Shown: positions 42,653 to 53,882, counted from the first letter of the stretch. The stretch: 64,000 nucleotides of DNA from an uncultured Hormoscilla sp. (GCA_963921275.4 OZ001293.3:1664001-1728000); one strand, 5' to 3'. Numbers and translations are program-made. The notes: generated by a model from the letters alone, not told the origin.

Positions 42653-43714
42653 ATGACTACTAAGCGGATTTTTATGACAGGTGCTAGTGGCTGTATTGGT
42701 CACTATATAGCGCAATCTCTGATTCAGGAAACGGAGTACGATTTGTACTTACTAGTGCGGAATCAGGAGAAACTGCAGTTTTACTATAAGCACCCAGGCG
42801 TGACGATTTTGCAGGCAGATATGCGAGAAATTGAGCAATTTAGAGACATCCTGGAGACGATCGATGTGGCAGTTTTAGTCGCAACGGCTTGGGGTGGCCC
42901 GCAAGAGGTGTTTGAGGTGAATGTAGCTAAAACTGTTCAACTGGTGCAGTTGCTGAACCCGAATGTCTGTCAGCAGGCGATCTATTTCTCTACGGCTAGC
43001 ATTTTGGACAGCAATAATCAATTGCTTCAAGAAGCTGATGAGTTGGGAACTGATTACATTCGTTCTAAGTATGACTGTTATCGGGAGTTGTCGAAACTGT
43101 CGATCGCACCTCCCATTACGGTCCTGTTTCCAACTTTGGTCTTTGGTGGGGGCGACGATCAACCCTATTCCCACCTGTCAGCGGATCTGCCAGAGATTGT
43201 AAAATGGATTGACTTGGTGCGCTTTTTCCAAGCTGATGGTAGTTTCCACTTCATTCACGGGCGTGATATCGCTACTGTGGTACGTTATCTGATCGATTAT
43301 CCCCCAACCCCCACCCCCACCCCAGGCACTGTCCCCACCCCCACCCTAAAGGGTGGGACTACAGGAACAAAGCCCGCCTGCGCGGGCTATAATGGGATGA
43401 TGGGGGAAAAGTCACCTATAAGTCGTCAATTGGTATTAGGAAATGAGCCGATCGCTGTTAACGAGGCAGTAGCAGAGATTTGTCAGTATCTGGAGAAAAG
43501 GATTTATTTTCGTCTGCCTCTGTATATCTGGCTGGCTGATGTGTTAATATCATTGTTGCGAGCGATCGGGGTAAAGATTGAAATCGCCCCCTGGGACAAG
43601 TTCTGTATGGGCTATCGGCATTTCACTTACAAGGATGCAGTTAATCCTGCTACCTTGGGACTGCCAAGTTACTGCCCGACGCTGAGTGATGTCCTGAAAA
43701 TTAGCGGCATTTGA
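42653..43714 (+). CDS. NAD-dependent epimerase/dehydratase with an in-frame REP-derived insertion
   Basis: TGASGCIG and YIRSK motifs; insert at ~43301-43420. Confidence 0.88.
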   Translation: MTTKRIFMTGASGCIGHYIAQSLIQETEYDLYLLVRNQEKLQFYYKHPGVTILQADMREIEQFRDILETIDVAVLVATAWGGPQEVFEVNVAKTVQLVQLLNPNVCQQAIYFSTASILDSNNQLLQEADELGTDYIRSKYDCYRELSKLSIAPPITVLFPTLVFGGGDDQPYSHLSADLPEIVKWIDLVRFFQADGSFHFIHGRDIATVVRYLIDYPPTPTPTPGTVPTPTLKGGTTGTKPACAGYNGMMGEKSPISRQLVLGNEPIAVNEAVAEICQYLEKRIYFRLPLYIWLADVLISLLRAIGVKIEIAPWDKFCMGYRHFTYKDAVNPATLGLPSYCPTLSDVLKISGI

Positions 43715-43817
43715 CCGGTGGCCAGTGACCAGTGACCACAAACCCAGGGGCGACCATAGCCAAATCACTACATCTTGACGACTACCGTGAAGGTGGCATG
43801 TCAGGAGGGAAAATGGA

Positions 43818-43936
43818 TATAGCATTTCTCAGATTAGTGAAATCTATGGTAAAATAGATAAAACCATTATGGTGTATGCAATTTACCGGCTCACATTTAT
43901 CTGAGACTCGGCTCACATTATCTGAGAAACGCTATA
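43818..43936. mobile_element. TA-flanked MITE
   Basis: TIRs TATAGCATTTCTCAGAT / ATCTGAGAAACGCTATA. Confidence 0.78.
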
Positions 43937-44002
43937 ATAACCCAAGTTACGACCTATTTAAAAAAATATGAATTCCCCACTTAGATTTTACAGATCTTTA
44001 GA

Positions 44003-44238
44003 CAATACTCCGGACAAAATTAGGAGGCTATGGCCCTGTAGGCAAGTAGGTTCTGGTAGTAGGGCGTGAGATTTAATTTTTCGTTGGCTCCAGGTCAAAC
44101 AAGGAAATAAATAAGTTCATGCATATGCTCTCAGAAGCGCCTGTACCGACGAGGGGGAGAGTGTAGTTGACAATGCCTAATAGCCACGAAAATGCTGGTT
44201 ATCAATGGTCAAGAAACTCAAAACTGTCCGGACTATTG
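44003..44238. mobile_element. MITE
   Basis: TIRs CAATACTCCGGACA / TGTCCGGACTATTG; 6-bp TSD TTTAGA. Confidence 0.85.
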
Positions 44239-44285
44239 TTTAGAGATTTATGTATTTTTTGATCCATAAAATTATTTTGATTGTG

Positions 44286-44481
44286 CTAGAGCGTCGGTCC
44301 ATTAATAATACTTGACAAATTCAAACATCTGTGAATCAACGAAAAATCAACATATTCTCGCCTCCCCCCCATGTCCTCCCTCTCCCCCTCATGATTTTAC
44401 CCATAGCGCTGCGCATGGCTGCGCCACGCTACGCTCTGGGGGGCGCAGCCATAAATTTGTTGTACTGGACCGATGCTCTAG
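44286..44481. mobile_element. CTAG-target MITE
   Basis: CTAGAGCGTCGGTCCA...TGGACCGATGCTCTAG at a site that is a single CTAG in the intact IS982. Confidence 0.85.
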
Positions 44482-44759
44482 GTAGCGGGTTTGCTGTTTA
44501 TAGGTTATAATGTACTAAAATAACAGTTAATTGCTAGGGATGTAGATTATGGAATATATGATTACAACAATTTTTGTTCTTGGCGATGAGCTACTAAAAG
44601 ATTTAAATATCTTCATAAGATCCACAAGTGAAAATGAACAATGCAGAGGCAATGACAGTAGGATTGGTTGCTGCATATTTTTGGGGAGGACACCAGGCTC
44701 GCTCTTGTCAATTTATGGTCGAACACAATTATCTAAAAAATCCGTTAAGCAAAAGTAGG

Positions 44760-44924
44760 CTGGAGAGTGCGAATTTCTCCTGAAAAACGACCTAGTATAA
44801 AAGTTGAAACTCTTGCTGGGGGTGGCTTACAGCCAGTAGTGGCCCGCTTATTGATCATGGTCGGTCGATCGGACCAAAACCCGCTTATGACAAGCCGTTA
44901 TCCAAAGAAATTCGCACTGTCCAG
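44760..44924. mobile_element. MITE (CTGGA-ended)
   Basis: TIRs CTGGAGAGTGCGAATTTC / GAAATTCGCACTGTCCAG; 8-bp TSD AAAGTAGG. Confidence 0.85.
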
Positions 44925-45058
44925 AAAGTAGGTTCAATCGTAGATTACATAATATTGGCGAACCAATTTGGATGTTTTTATTCCAAGCCATAGCTCAAAC
45001 ATTTAAGGAGCTAAATCCGGGTCAAGAATATATTCTTGACAGTTTCCCCGTACCAGCA

Positions 45059-46160
45059 CTGGAGAGCGTCTATATAAAAGGATCGTCCGAAACCCTCATC
45101 CAGTAACTGACTTTTCCCGTTAAGTTTGGTGTGCCAGTTGTCATCCAATACATTCGAGAAGTCAACTCTAACCATCCCCGCCAAAGCACTTGAATACCAA
45201 TCGGTGTTTTACGTCGATGCTTCAAATACCCTCCTAATGAGGCCACAGTTTCAACAGCCCAACCCACAGTGAGGACTTGGGGCAACTTAGAGGTAATAGC
45301 CTTGAGAACTGCTAGTTGTACTGGCTGCAAAATTGTTGCAGCCGGAGCATCTGGTTGGGTTCTTTGCAGATAAGTTAATCGCAGTAACTCGGCAGCAATA
45401 ACCGTCAAAAACCCAAGCAATGCTTCCATACTTTTGGCAGCAAGACGATATTTTTCAACCTGACATCCCGATTTAAGAATTTTGTGATATTCCTCCACAT
45501 GCCAACGATAAGTGTAGCAACGTAAAATCCTAGCTGCTTCCGCAGTAGACGTAACAGCTTCAGTCCTTAGCAACATCCAACAAATACCTGGGACAGCTTC
45601 TGGAGGATTAATTTCACCTGCATAAACCGCCTAGAGAAGAAATGGTTCTTGGTTTGCCAGTCCTTCTGGAGATTTTAATGCTACGGAAGAAAATCTTACA
45701 ACTAAGGAAGCGGTCCTTTCCGATTGTTTTTCTATCGCTGTTACTTTAACCTCATACTCAAAAGCACTCTAGCTCGATTCCATATATGCCCACAAATGCC
45801 GAGTATCTTCATTTATACAACGGTCGCGCCTCAGCACGGACAAGCAATCCTGTTCGTCCTAGATCGCGTACCTTGTTAAACACTTCGGCAAGATCGGCTT
45901 CCGCATCAAATACGTGAACTATTCTGGTTGCTAAATCAATTGATTGATTACCACTATTCTCGTTTTTAAGAGAATAAAAATGTTTTTCAATCCTCTCAAA
46001 TTGAGCAGATATTTCCTCCAGGCCTCGACCCATCGATAAGATTCCTTTTCCTCAAACGGTCTGTTTTTATTAGCCTTGCCTTTGGCTGCTTGATGAAAGT
46101 TTTCGCGATAGTTGTGTTGAATAATCTGGCTCCGAAGGCTCCTCGGGACGGTGCCTTCTG
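45059..46160 (-). mobile_element. IS4-family (Tn5/IS50-like) transposase remnants
   Basis: YTYRWHVEEYHKILKSGC, GIQVLWRGW, VFDAEAD and EKESYRW motifs; end CTGGAGAGCG. Confidence 0.8.
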
Positions 46161-46169
46161 TTTTTGCAG

Positions 46170-46620
46170 AGCGCGGTGGTGAAGTGCCAAGAGATAGTTT
46201 TTCTTGTGGCGTTTCGCGCTCGTATTCCAGGCCGCCAGTTCGGATTGAAGAGTGGGAAGGTCCTCTATTCGCTGCGCGAGGCACTGGCCTGTAAGTGCGG
46301 CGAGTTCAATTTCGGCTATATTGAGCCAGGAACCCTGTTTGGGCGTATGATCGATTTCCAGGCGGTTTACTCATACGTCTAGCTTCCTGTGGTGGAAAGG
46401 TTTTGTCAAGAGCCGCAGGCTTGTGGGTGTTGAGGTGATCACAGACGAGAATAACCTTTTGGGCTGTTGGGTAGTCTACATCAAGTAGATGTTTAATTTG
46501 CAGCGCCCAATCAGTCATAGTACGGTGTTCATGAGCTTCGACAGTACGTTTTCCCGACAGAGGTTCACAGAACATGAAGATGCTAGCGGTGCCGTTGCGT
46601 TCCTATTCATAGTCATACCT
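46170..46620 (-). mobile_element. IS630-family transposase fragment
   Basis: MFCEPLSG and VCDHLNTH motifs, followed in a shifted frame by an HTPKQGSWLNIAEIE segment. Confidence 0.75.
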
Positions 46621-46939
46621 TGTCCTCCGAAAAAATATGCAGCAACTAATCCGACTGTCATCACTTCGGCATTGTTCATTTTTACTTGTGGATCTTCTTT
46701 TATATTTAACGCTTTTAGTAGCTCGTCACAAAGAACAAAAATTGTTGTAATCATATCTTCCATCATCTACATCCCCCAGCAATTAACTATTATTTTAGTA
46801 CATTATAACCTATAAACAGCCAACCCGCCGTCTAGCACAAAAAAAATATAATTTTGTATCAAAAGCTACGAAATATCCCAAATATCTGTAAAGTCTAAGT
46901 GGGTAATTCATATTTTTTTTAATAGGTCGCAACTTAGGT
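46621..46939 (-). mobile_element. IS982 5' fragment
   Basis: Nearly identical to 5031-5349, including the TIR. Confidence 0.9.
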
Positions 46940-47156
46940 TACTATCAAGATCTTACCATCGACCTGATGTACTACACTCTGTCTAGTGTCAAGATTACCA
47001 AAAACAATATTGAACACAAACACATGGGTACAGATGGAGATTCATCGATGGTCAATCGCCTTTCAACCCATAAATTATGTACTACTATAAGTATCGCTAA
47101 TTGTAGGATATTCCTGGTTACTGGATCTAGACTTCTGTCAGCTAGCACTACTGATA

Positions 47157-47597
47157 TTGAAATACCGACTCGAAGCTAAAGAAAAACGTCCCGGTATTGA
47201 AATTATCAAAAAATACGGCAATTTACCCCCAGTGTCATGCTTTCCGGGACCAATTAACCAGGTTTTTATGAATATATTAGCAAATGCGATCGATGTTTTA
47301 GAAGAGTCAAATATAGGAGGTGAAGATCGCCAAACTAATCAAATTACTATTATAACAGAGGTAAAGGAAGGAAAAGCGCTCGTGCGGATTATAGATAACG
47401 GGATGGGAATGATAGAGGAGGTGAGGTGTAAAATTTGCGAGTCGGGATTTACCACCAAAGCGGTGGGAAAGGGCACGGGATTGGGAATGGCGATCGCCCG
47501 TCAGATTGTCGAAGAAAAACATGGCAGAACCATAACCTGTACCTCGGAGTTGGGCAAAGGAACGGAATTTACCATTGCTATACCGATTGAGAATTGA
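47157..47597 (+). pseudogene. Histidine kinase HATPase_c C-terminal fragment
   Basis: NQVFMNILANAID, DNGMG and GKGTGLG motifs; no HisKA domain. Confidence 0.8.
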
Positions 47598-47878
47598 GAA
47601 TTGAAGCAGAAACCGGGTTTCTTTTATAGTCTCAGGCAAAAATTAGATATGATGACAACATCAACCCGGTTTATCGCTCTTCTGTCAGATCGGGAAAATC
47701 GTTATGTCAGCCAAGCGCTGAAAGCCTTATTAACTCAGTCATAGAGCGATCAGTTTCTATCAGAAACTCTCATCAAATAGCCTGAGAGCGCAAACGCCCA
47801 TATAATAAGGGTTCTAGATGAGCAGGATGCCCAGTTTGACAAAAGAGCGTTATTCACCGAGGAGTAGGCGATCGACCT

Positions 47879-47965
47879 AACCATTAGCAATTCGCCATTA
47901 GCAATTAACCATTAGCAATTCGCCATTAGCAATTCGCCATTCACAATTGGCAATTAGCCATTAAC
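47879..47965. repeat. 14-nt tandem repeat (CCATTAGCAATTCG)-like
   Basis: About 6 degenerate copies. Confidence 0.8.
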
Positions 47966-48491
47966 CTTTAATTTTTACATCAATCACACTACCATTAAAA
48001 TTGTAGGTTAAGCCTTCCAGTTCAACTGGGGTGCCAATTTTAAGTTTACTGTTACCCAGAACGACACCATTGTCAGAGATCTGAGCATTGCCAGCTAAAG
48101 TAAACAGCAGATCGATCGCCAAAGATTGAGAAAATCGAGGGTCGGGGTAAGCCTTGACCGAACCATCTGGTTGGGGAACGATCGCCTCTCGATTGAGGAC
48201 TTGTACTGATTTGACATCAACTTGACCGTAGGGCTGATTGCGGATAATAATATTGGTTTTCTTGCTTGACTGAAATTCAGAGACTAAACTCTGGGGGTCG
48301 CGCACACTCAAACCCCGGATCAGGACATCCACCTCTACAGGTTTTGTCTGCACTCCAATTTGCGCAACAGAGCCGGAAGTGCTAGGATAGAAAAAGATGC
48401 CGAAGATAACCAGTAGAATCACGAGGGCAGCACCGATATCCAGGATGCTGACTTTGCCGAATAAGCGACCTTTGTCATCTAAAATAGCCAT
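47961..48491 (-). CDS. DUF4330 family protein
   Basis: ILDDKGRLFGKVSILD and IRNQPYG motifs. Confidence 0.85.
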   Translation of the reverse strand: MAILDDKGRLFGKVSILDIGAALVILLVIFGIFFYPSTSGSVAQIGVQTKPVEVDVLIRGLSVRDPQSLVSEFQSSKKTNIIIRNQPYGQVDVKSVQVLNREAIVPQPDGSVKAYPDPRFSQSLAIDLLFTLAGNAQISDNGVVLGNSKLKIGTPVELEGLTYNFNGSVIDVKIKG

Positions 48492-48643
48492 ATTGTTCGT
48501 TTGTAGGTGTTAACCGAGAAGCACTTCTAGATTCTCGTTGTCAGTCTGAGACTGGTGACGAGGCATTAGAGCCTCCAGATCATTGACAATGGTTAGAATA
48601 CCATGAGTTTTGCTCGTGCGGGCGATCGCAGCGATGGGAGGCT

Positions 48644-49576
48644 TTGGGGCAGCAACACCGCTGGTGGGAAATGCGTCTACCTATTTATCTTCATCAAATC
48701 GAGAGCATATTGACCATGTTTAATCTCTTTGCTATAATCAAGAGACCTCTCAAGCGCCGGTTGTTCTATCCCTTGCTTTCCCTGTTGGTAGCTTTGGGTT
48801 TATGCCTGGGTTCTACCCAAAGCGCACCAGCGTTTTCTTGGTTTGACCTGCTGCGTCCAGCAATTCAAGCGATTCAACTGTCCAATATGTCGGACAAGCA
48901 AGAAGTGGCCCTGGGCGAGAAAATTAATCAGCAGCTAGTGAAAGAAGAGGTAAAACTTTATCGCGATCGCTCTTTGAATGCCTATGTGAATCAAATTGGT
49001 CAGCGGTTAGCACGGGAGAGTTCGCGCCCTCCGACCAAAGAGTATAAATACACTTTTCAGGTAGTGGACGATGATAACATCAATGCCTTTGCGACGATGG
49101 GTGGCTTTGTCTACGTGCATACGGAATTATTGAAAGCAGCGGATAATGAAGCCCAGTTGGCGAGTGTGTTGGCCCATGAAATTGGTCACATTACGCAACG
49201 TCATGCTATTAAACAAATGCGTCAGATGGCGATCGCCCTCGGTGTAGCGTCAGCAGCGGGACTGGATAACAACACAGCAGTCCAAATTGGTGTCGATCTA
49301 GCATTGCACCGTCCCAAAAGCCGCCAAGCTGAATATGAAGCCGATCGGGTGGGACTCCAGATGTTAGGGTCTGCTGGCTATGCCCAAAGCGCCATGATTG
49401 ACTTTATGAAAAAACTCCTGAATGGCCCATCGGTTCCTACTGTCTTGAGTACTCACCCCGGAACGCCCGATCGCATTCAAGCCTTGTCAGACAACCTTAA
49501 CCCAGCTTTTGCCGATCGAGGGGATGGCTTAAACGAGGCTGACTACAAAGCTAACATTAAACCAGTTTTGAGATAA
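48644..49576 (+). CDS. M48 family metallopeptidase (start possibly ~48716)
   Basis: INAFATMGG, HEIGH, EYEAD and STHP motifs. Confidence 0.9.
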   Translation: MGQQHRWWEMRLPIYLHQIESILTMFNLFAIIKRPLKRRLFYPLLSLLVALGLCLGSTQSAPAFSWFDLLRPAIQAIQLSNMSDKQEVALGEKINQQLVKEEVKLYRDRSLNAYVNQIGQRLARESSRPPTKEYKYTFQVVDDDNINAFATMGGFVYVHTELLKAADNEAQLASVLAHEIGHITQRHAIKQMRQMAIALGVASAAGLDNNTAVQIGVDLALHRPKSRQAEYEADRVGLQMLGSAGYAQSAMIDFMKKLLNGPSVPTVLSTHPGTPDRIQALSDNLNPAFADRGDGLNEADYKANIKPVLR

Positions 49577-49755
49577 TATCAAGTCCAGTTAAATGCTGAT
49601 AATAAAAAATGAGATCCTTTAGGTTGGGTTTCCGCACGAAACCTAACACGCTACGCTACCACATCGGGTTGGGTTTCGCGCTTAGATCGACCTAACCTAC
49701 AGTCCGATCGCCTGAAGTTGGCCCTAAAGCGCAAGAACAAACTCCCGATAGCCCA

Positions 49756-50535
49756 TTACTGAAGGTGTAACGATCGTACTACCGCTTCTCGAAGTTGCAG
49801 AACCCGGAGTTCGCGGGAGAACACATGCACCTGATAGACCAGAGAGTTAGTCAGATCTAGACCAGTCAACCAGCCACTCTTGCGATGATAGGCACCTGTG
49901 TCGATATCCAGCTAGCCACACCCGGAGGCTATTTTTCCCGGGGCTACTCCTGGCAGGGTAAAGGTGATAGTGTGGTCCGTGATAATCAGTTTATCAGGGA
50001 AGTAAGGCTGCTGCATATTGTGGAATGGCTGGCGAATCCAACATAACTCATGGGCTGTTTGCTCTTCGGGAGGAAATTCCGGATCGACTGCTCTCCTCTC
50101 CGCCTTCGCTAATGCGCTCAGGCTTCGGGATGCGCTAGCATGAGCTAACCACACATCCCCCAGATCCAAGTAAAGTGGCAACTGACGAATCCAGTGAAAA
50201 TGTTCTGTCAGTAGATGAACATCTTTGTTGTAACTAGCAACCGTCGCCAAACCGCCACTGTCAAGCCATGCTTGCAGAGATTGCCGATGAGGTTTCCCCT
50301 CCGGGAAGCTATCGATTAACATCTGTTCGTGGTTCCCCCGCAGGCAGTTGTAGCCATTTTCCTTGACAAAACTCACAACTCGATCGCTCTAGGGGCCCCG
50401 ATCGATCAAGTCCCCCAGCAAGTATACTCGATCGTCTGCACCTGGGGCGATCGCCTCTAGCAGTTGCATCAAGCCATCGTAATCGTAGTGGCTATGAACG
50501 TCTCCAATAAAAATACGCCGGTTAGTTACACTCAT
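49756..50535 (-). pseudogene. Metallophosphoesterase (Ser/Thr phosphatase-like) with internal stops
   Basis: IGDVH, LGDLIDRGP*, RGNHE and IDTG motifs; TAGs at ~50388 and 49912. Confidence 0.82.
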
Positions 50536-50742
50536 CTGTTAATTTTCTAGCTGAAAAAACAGTATCTTCATCCCATGCCGCCAGCTCAATAGCAGCCAAT
50601 TCCACCGATCTCTTATTATGTCTCGTTTGGCTGCAAATTTTATCAACTGATTGGCTATCTGTGTCAAATAACTTGCATTAGTTTTATCCTGGTCAGGCGC
50701 TGCTGGTGACTTAATATGTTAAAATTATACATATATTGGGGC

Positions 50743-51483
50743 TCACTGGCTCAAAGCTCGCAGGAAACTTTGCAGTTGTCCGAGAAAGCCTTTGCGCCGC
50801 TGCTGGGATGGTTGCTGTCGGTCGGGTCCGTCGGTCTGGGTTGCTGGAGCTAAAATCTGCTCTAAGGCTTCTCCCAGGGGTTTTTCAGCTGTTTCAGCAA
50901 TTAGTTTGTATTCAGACTCTGCTGTTTCTTGCCAGACTTGCCAGGGTTCGGGATACCAGCGGATCAGGGCAGCAGCTTTCAGGGGTTTAAGATAATAGCA
51001 CGAGAATATCTTATTCAGGAAGCGTTCCCGCAGCTGACGCCCCGCCAGGCCAATACCGACGATCGCTACATCTTCCAAGTTGGGGTTCAGTATGACTACG
51101 GGTCGATCGCCTGCTAGGTTGTAGAGCTTTTCTACCTGGGCGACTTCCACTGCTGAGGGGTTCACCACTAAGAACAGCTCATCTTCTGAATCTATTTTAC
51201 TATCTACGAGCGATCGGCTGCTGCCAATGTCATCAATCTTAAAGGGAACTTCTCCCCAGTCCCGGCGGGCCAAAGCTGCGGCCCCAGTGTCCGGAAACAA
51301 TACTTTCAACTGATATTCTTGAACAATGGGAATGAATTGTTGGGCAATTTTCTGAGCTTGGAGAGCGATTTCCGGGAACGCTAACTCCACTTGTAGGAGC
51401 CTGTATCCGTCATCTAGGGCTGCTTTCGTAGCTTGCATCGATTGAGCAACTGCCTCTTCTAATGTCTTGGGTAGTTCTGCCAT
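50743..51483 (-). CDS. DUF1995 family protein
   Basis: FPDTGAAALARRDW and VILNPNLED motifs. Confidence 0.87.
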   Translation of the reverse strand: MAELPKTLEEAVAQSMQATKAALDDGYRLLQVELAFPEIALQAQKIAQQFIPIVQEYQLKVLFPDTGAAALARRDWGEVPFKIDDIGSSRSLVDSKIDSEDELFLVVNPSAVEVAQVEKLYNLAGDRPVVILNPNLEDVAIVGIGLAGRQLRERFLNKIFSCYYLKPLKAAALIRWYPEPWQVWQETAESEYKLIAETAEKPLGEALEQILAPATQTDGPDRQQPSQQRRKGFLGQLQSFLRALSQ

Positions 51484-51545
51484 AGTCAGTCTTTTACTTA
51501 ACTTTAAACTTATCTTTGTAGTCAGTCATGAACTCCTCAACAGCA

Positions 51546-51968
51546 CTATTCATTCTGGGGCATAATTACAGGGATCGTTTGATTCCTATTCTTGCGGTAG
51601 ATCGAAAAGTCACTGTCTAAAGTCAACAGTGTACTCCCAGGGGACAATTCAGCCATCCGTACTAAACAGGCATCAGCACAAGACATTGGTACTGACTGAT
51701 AACGATTTATCAATTGTTCTATCGGGCCTGCTTCTGCTTGTAAGTCAAATGCTATCTGGATCAGTCCTCTGTTCACCAGCGAAATAACCGCTGCTGAACC
51801 TGGATAAACATTTCTCACCAGAAAACAAGCTTCTACAAGCACTGCTTCACAAGTCAATAAAGGTGGCTCAATTCTAGCTAACTCACCCATTATCCAGTTA
51901 TGAAACTCGTCTGAGCGATCCAGATAAGCTACCAACGGTCCAGCGTCAATCAGCACTTGTCGTTTCAT
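51546..51968 (-). CDS. PIN-domain (VapC-like) toxin
   Basis: LIDAGPL, MSCADACLV and TLDSDFSIYR motifs. Confidence 0.88.
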   Translation of the reverse strand: MKRQVLIDAGPLVAYLDRSDEFHNWIMGELARIEPPLLTCEAVLVEACFLVRNVYPGSAAVISLVNRGLIQIAFDLQAEAGPIEQLINRYQSVPMSCADACLVRMAELSPGSTLLTLDSDFSIYRKNRNQTIPVIMPQNE

Positions 51969-52204
51969 GATGCCTTGGGTCCTTCAAGGTACTTTTTGTT
52001 ATAGGAAAGATCGCCTATGCCACTTTCCAAACAACCCGCCCATTTCTTGGCAGCAGTCAGAAAAGACACTGGTTCCTTCTCTTGAGTCTGGACTTCTTCG
52101 GTATGGAGTTGACTATGTAAGAATAACACAAAATCCAGGACTTCCTGCTGTTTGGGTGAGGGAAGACTTCTCAGCTTTTCGACTATTGTATCTTCAATGT
52201 TCAT
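51965..52204 (-). CDS. DUF2281-like antitoxin
   Basis: LRSLPSPKQQEVLDFVLFL motif; ATGA overlap with the PIN gene. Confidence 0.8.
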   Translation of the reverse strand: MNIEDTIVEKLRSLPSPKQQEVLDFVLFLHSQLHTEEVQTQEKEPVSFLTAAKKWAGCLESGIGDLSYNKKYLEGPKAS

Positions 52205-53399
52205 AATTTTGATCTCCTCGCCTTGTTAACATCTTAGCTATTGCTAATTCTGGTCTTAATCTTGCCAAAACTTGCTTGAGTACCATTGCTGTCCAATCGA
52301 TATCTGCTATTGTGGTATCGCGCCCCAGGGTCAGGCGAATTCCACCCAAGGCAGCAGACTCACTATATCCCATTGCTAGTAAGATGGGACTAGGAGACAG
52401 TTTGCCGCTGTGACAGGCGGAACCCGCACTGATGCCAATTCCTGCTAGGTTCATTTGCCGCACCAGGGTTTTCCCCGTGATTCTTTCCGTATCTGTTAGG
52501 CAAAAACTGACATGATGGGGGAGGCGGTGCAGCAGATCGCCTGTTGGCACTAAACCCTCTACATCTGATAATCTATCAAACAGGCGATCGCGCAACCCAT
52601 ATAATCTCCGCATTTCCACTGATATTTTCGCTCCTGCCAATTCCGCCGCCACCCCAAACCCGGCAATTGCTGGCACGGCCTGAGTTCCAGAACGCAGTCC
52701 TCTCTCTTGTCCGCCACCACCCAATAACGGCATTAACTCCACCCCCGGACGCACGTAAAGCGCACCTGCACCTTGAGTACCGTAAATCTTGTGGCTAGAC
52801 ACAGATAGCAAATCTACTGGTAAACGCTGTACATCTATTGGCAAACGTCCGGCAATTTGCACAGCATCAGTATGAAAAAGCACCGTGCTTCTCCTACGAG
52901 AACGGAGAATATTCCCCAATACCTCGATCGGTTGTAAGGTGCCGACTTCACTCTGTCCGTAGATAATCGACACTAACACTGTGTTGGATTGTAAAGCCTC
53001 CTCCAAATCTCTAGGATTCACCCGTCCTTGGCGATTCACTGGCAACCGCGTCACTTCCCACCCCTGCTGTTCTAGAAATAGCACTGGCTGTGCGACAGCT
53101 GAATGCTCCACACTGGAAATAATCACATGCTGGGGTGTTCTATAATGACGAGTAACGCCCGTAATCGCTAAATTGTCAGCTTCAGTGCCACCAGTAGTGA
53201 AGATAATCGAGGCTGGATCGGGTGCATTCAATAATTGGGCCACCCGTATTCTGGCCTCTTCCACTACCGTTGCCCCCCTTTGCCCCCACTGATGTAAGCT
53301 CGAAGGATTGCCCCAGAGTTGGGTGAGAACTGATTGCATCGCGGCGATCGCCTCTGGGCTGGGGGGAGTTGTAGCACTGTAATCCAGATAGATTTGCAT
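52194..53399 (-). CDS. Cysteine desulfurase (IscS/NifS family)
   Basis: YLDYSATT, HTDAVQ, SSHKIYG and SAGSACHS motifs. Confidence 0.92.
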   Translation of the reverse strand: MQIYLDYSATTPPSPEAIAAMQSVLTQLWGNPSSLHQWGQRGATVVEEARIRVAQLLNAPDPASIIFTTGGTEADNLAITGVTRHYRTPQHVIISSVEHSAVAQPVLFLEQQGWEVTRLPVNRQGRVNPRDLEEALQSNTVLVSIIYGQSEVGTLQPIEVLGNILRSRRRSTVLFHTDAVQIAGRLPIDVQRLPVDLLSVSSHKIYGTQGAGALYVRPGVELMPLLGGGGQERGLRSGTQAVPAIAGFGVAAELAGAKISVEMRRLYGLRDRLFDRLSDVEGLVPTGDLLHRLPHHVSFCLTDTERITGKTLVRQMNLAGIGISAGSACHSGKLSPSPILLAMGYSESAALGGIRLTLGRDTTIADIDWTAMVLKQVLARLRPELAIAKMLTRRGDQNYEH

Positions 53400-53483
53400 A
53401 AGTCTTGAGTCTAAAGCACGCCGTCTAGGGACGGACTTGTTCAAAGAAGGCGGATATCTTTTTGGACCTCTAGTATATTAGAT

Positions 53484-53882
53484 TTAGCTGCCCGGTTTGC
53501 AAACGTTGTAGTCCTCGTGGGACAATACTTTTTGTGGCTCTAGGTTGCTACCTCGATCGCGGCAGATCATCCGGTAATGTCTAGTGATGGGGATGCTGAC
53601 GATCAAGCGGTTGTGCCTCAGTCGCTTGCCACCAAATTCGGTGTAGTTATTGCAATCAGCCAACCCAGCGATGATCTGCCGCGCCTTGACGACTACATGC
53701 TTGGGCAAGGTACTTAAGTCGATGGGATCTTGCTCAAAGGTTGCTTGCCACTCTCTTCTTTGCTCGCGTTTTTGCGCTTGGGTAAGGGCCGCTTTCGCCA
53801 GTGCTACCTTCTCCTGCGCACAACGATGACATTTTTGACCGTACCCTCTATGCCCGCAGGCAAAGGTCTTTTTCCTTCTCAT
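53484..53882 (-). CDS. Hypothetical protein with N-terminal Cys/His cluster and RelE-like C-terminus
   Basis: CGH...CHRC; YRMICR...SHEDYN. Confidence 0.7.
   Translation of the reverse strand: MRRKKTFACGHRGYGQKCHRCAQEKVALAKAALTQAQKREQRREWQATFEQDPIDLSTLPKHVVVKARQIIAGLADCNNYTEFGGKRLRHNRLIVSIPITRHYRMICRDRGSNLEPQKVLSHEDYNVCKPGS

Larger units (their letters stand above)
43940..45058 (+). mobile_element. Degraded IS982 carrying three nested MITEs, truncated by an IS4-like element
   Basis: End ACCCAAGTTACGACCTATT; colinear with the intact IS982 between the insertions. Confidence 0.85.

Noticed and set aside
46940..47156. Possible degenerate 21-nt array or small ORF 46967-47179
   Set aside because: Periodicity could not be established by eye and there are no protein motifs.
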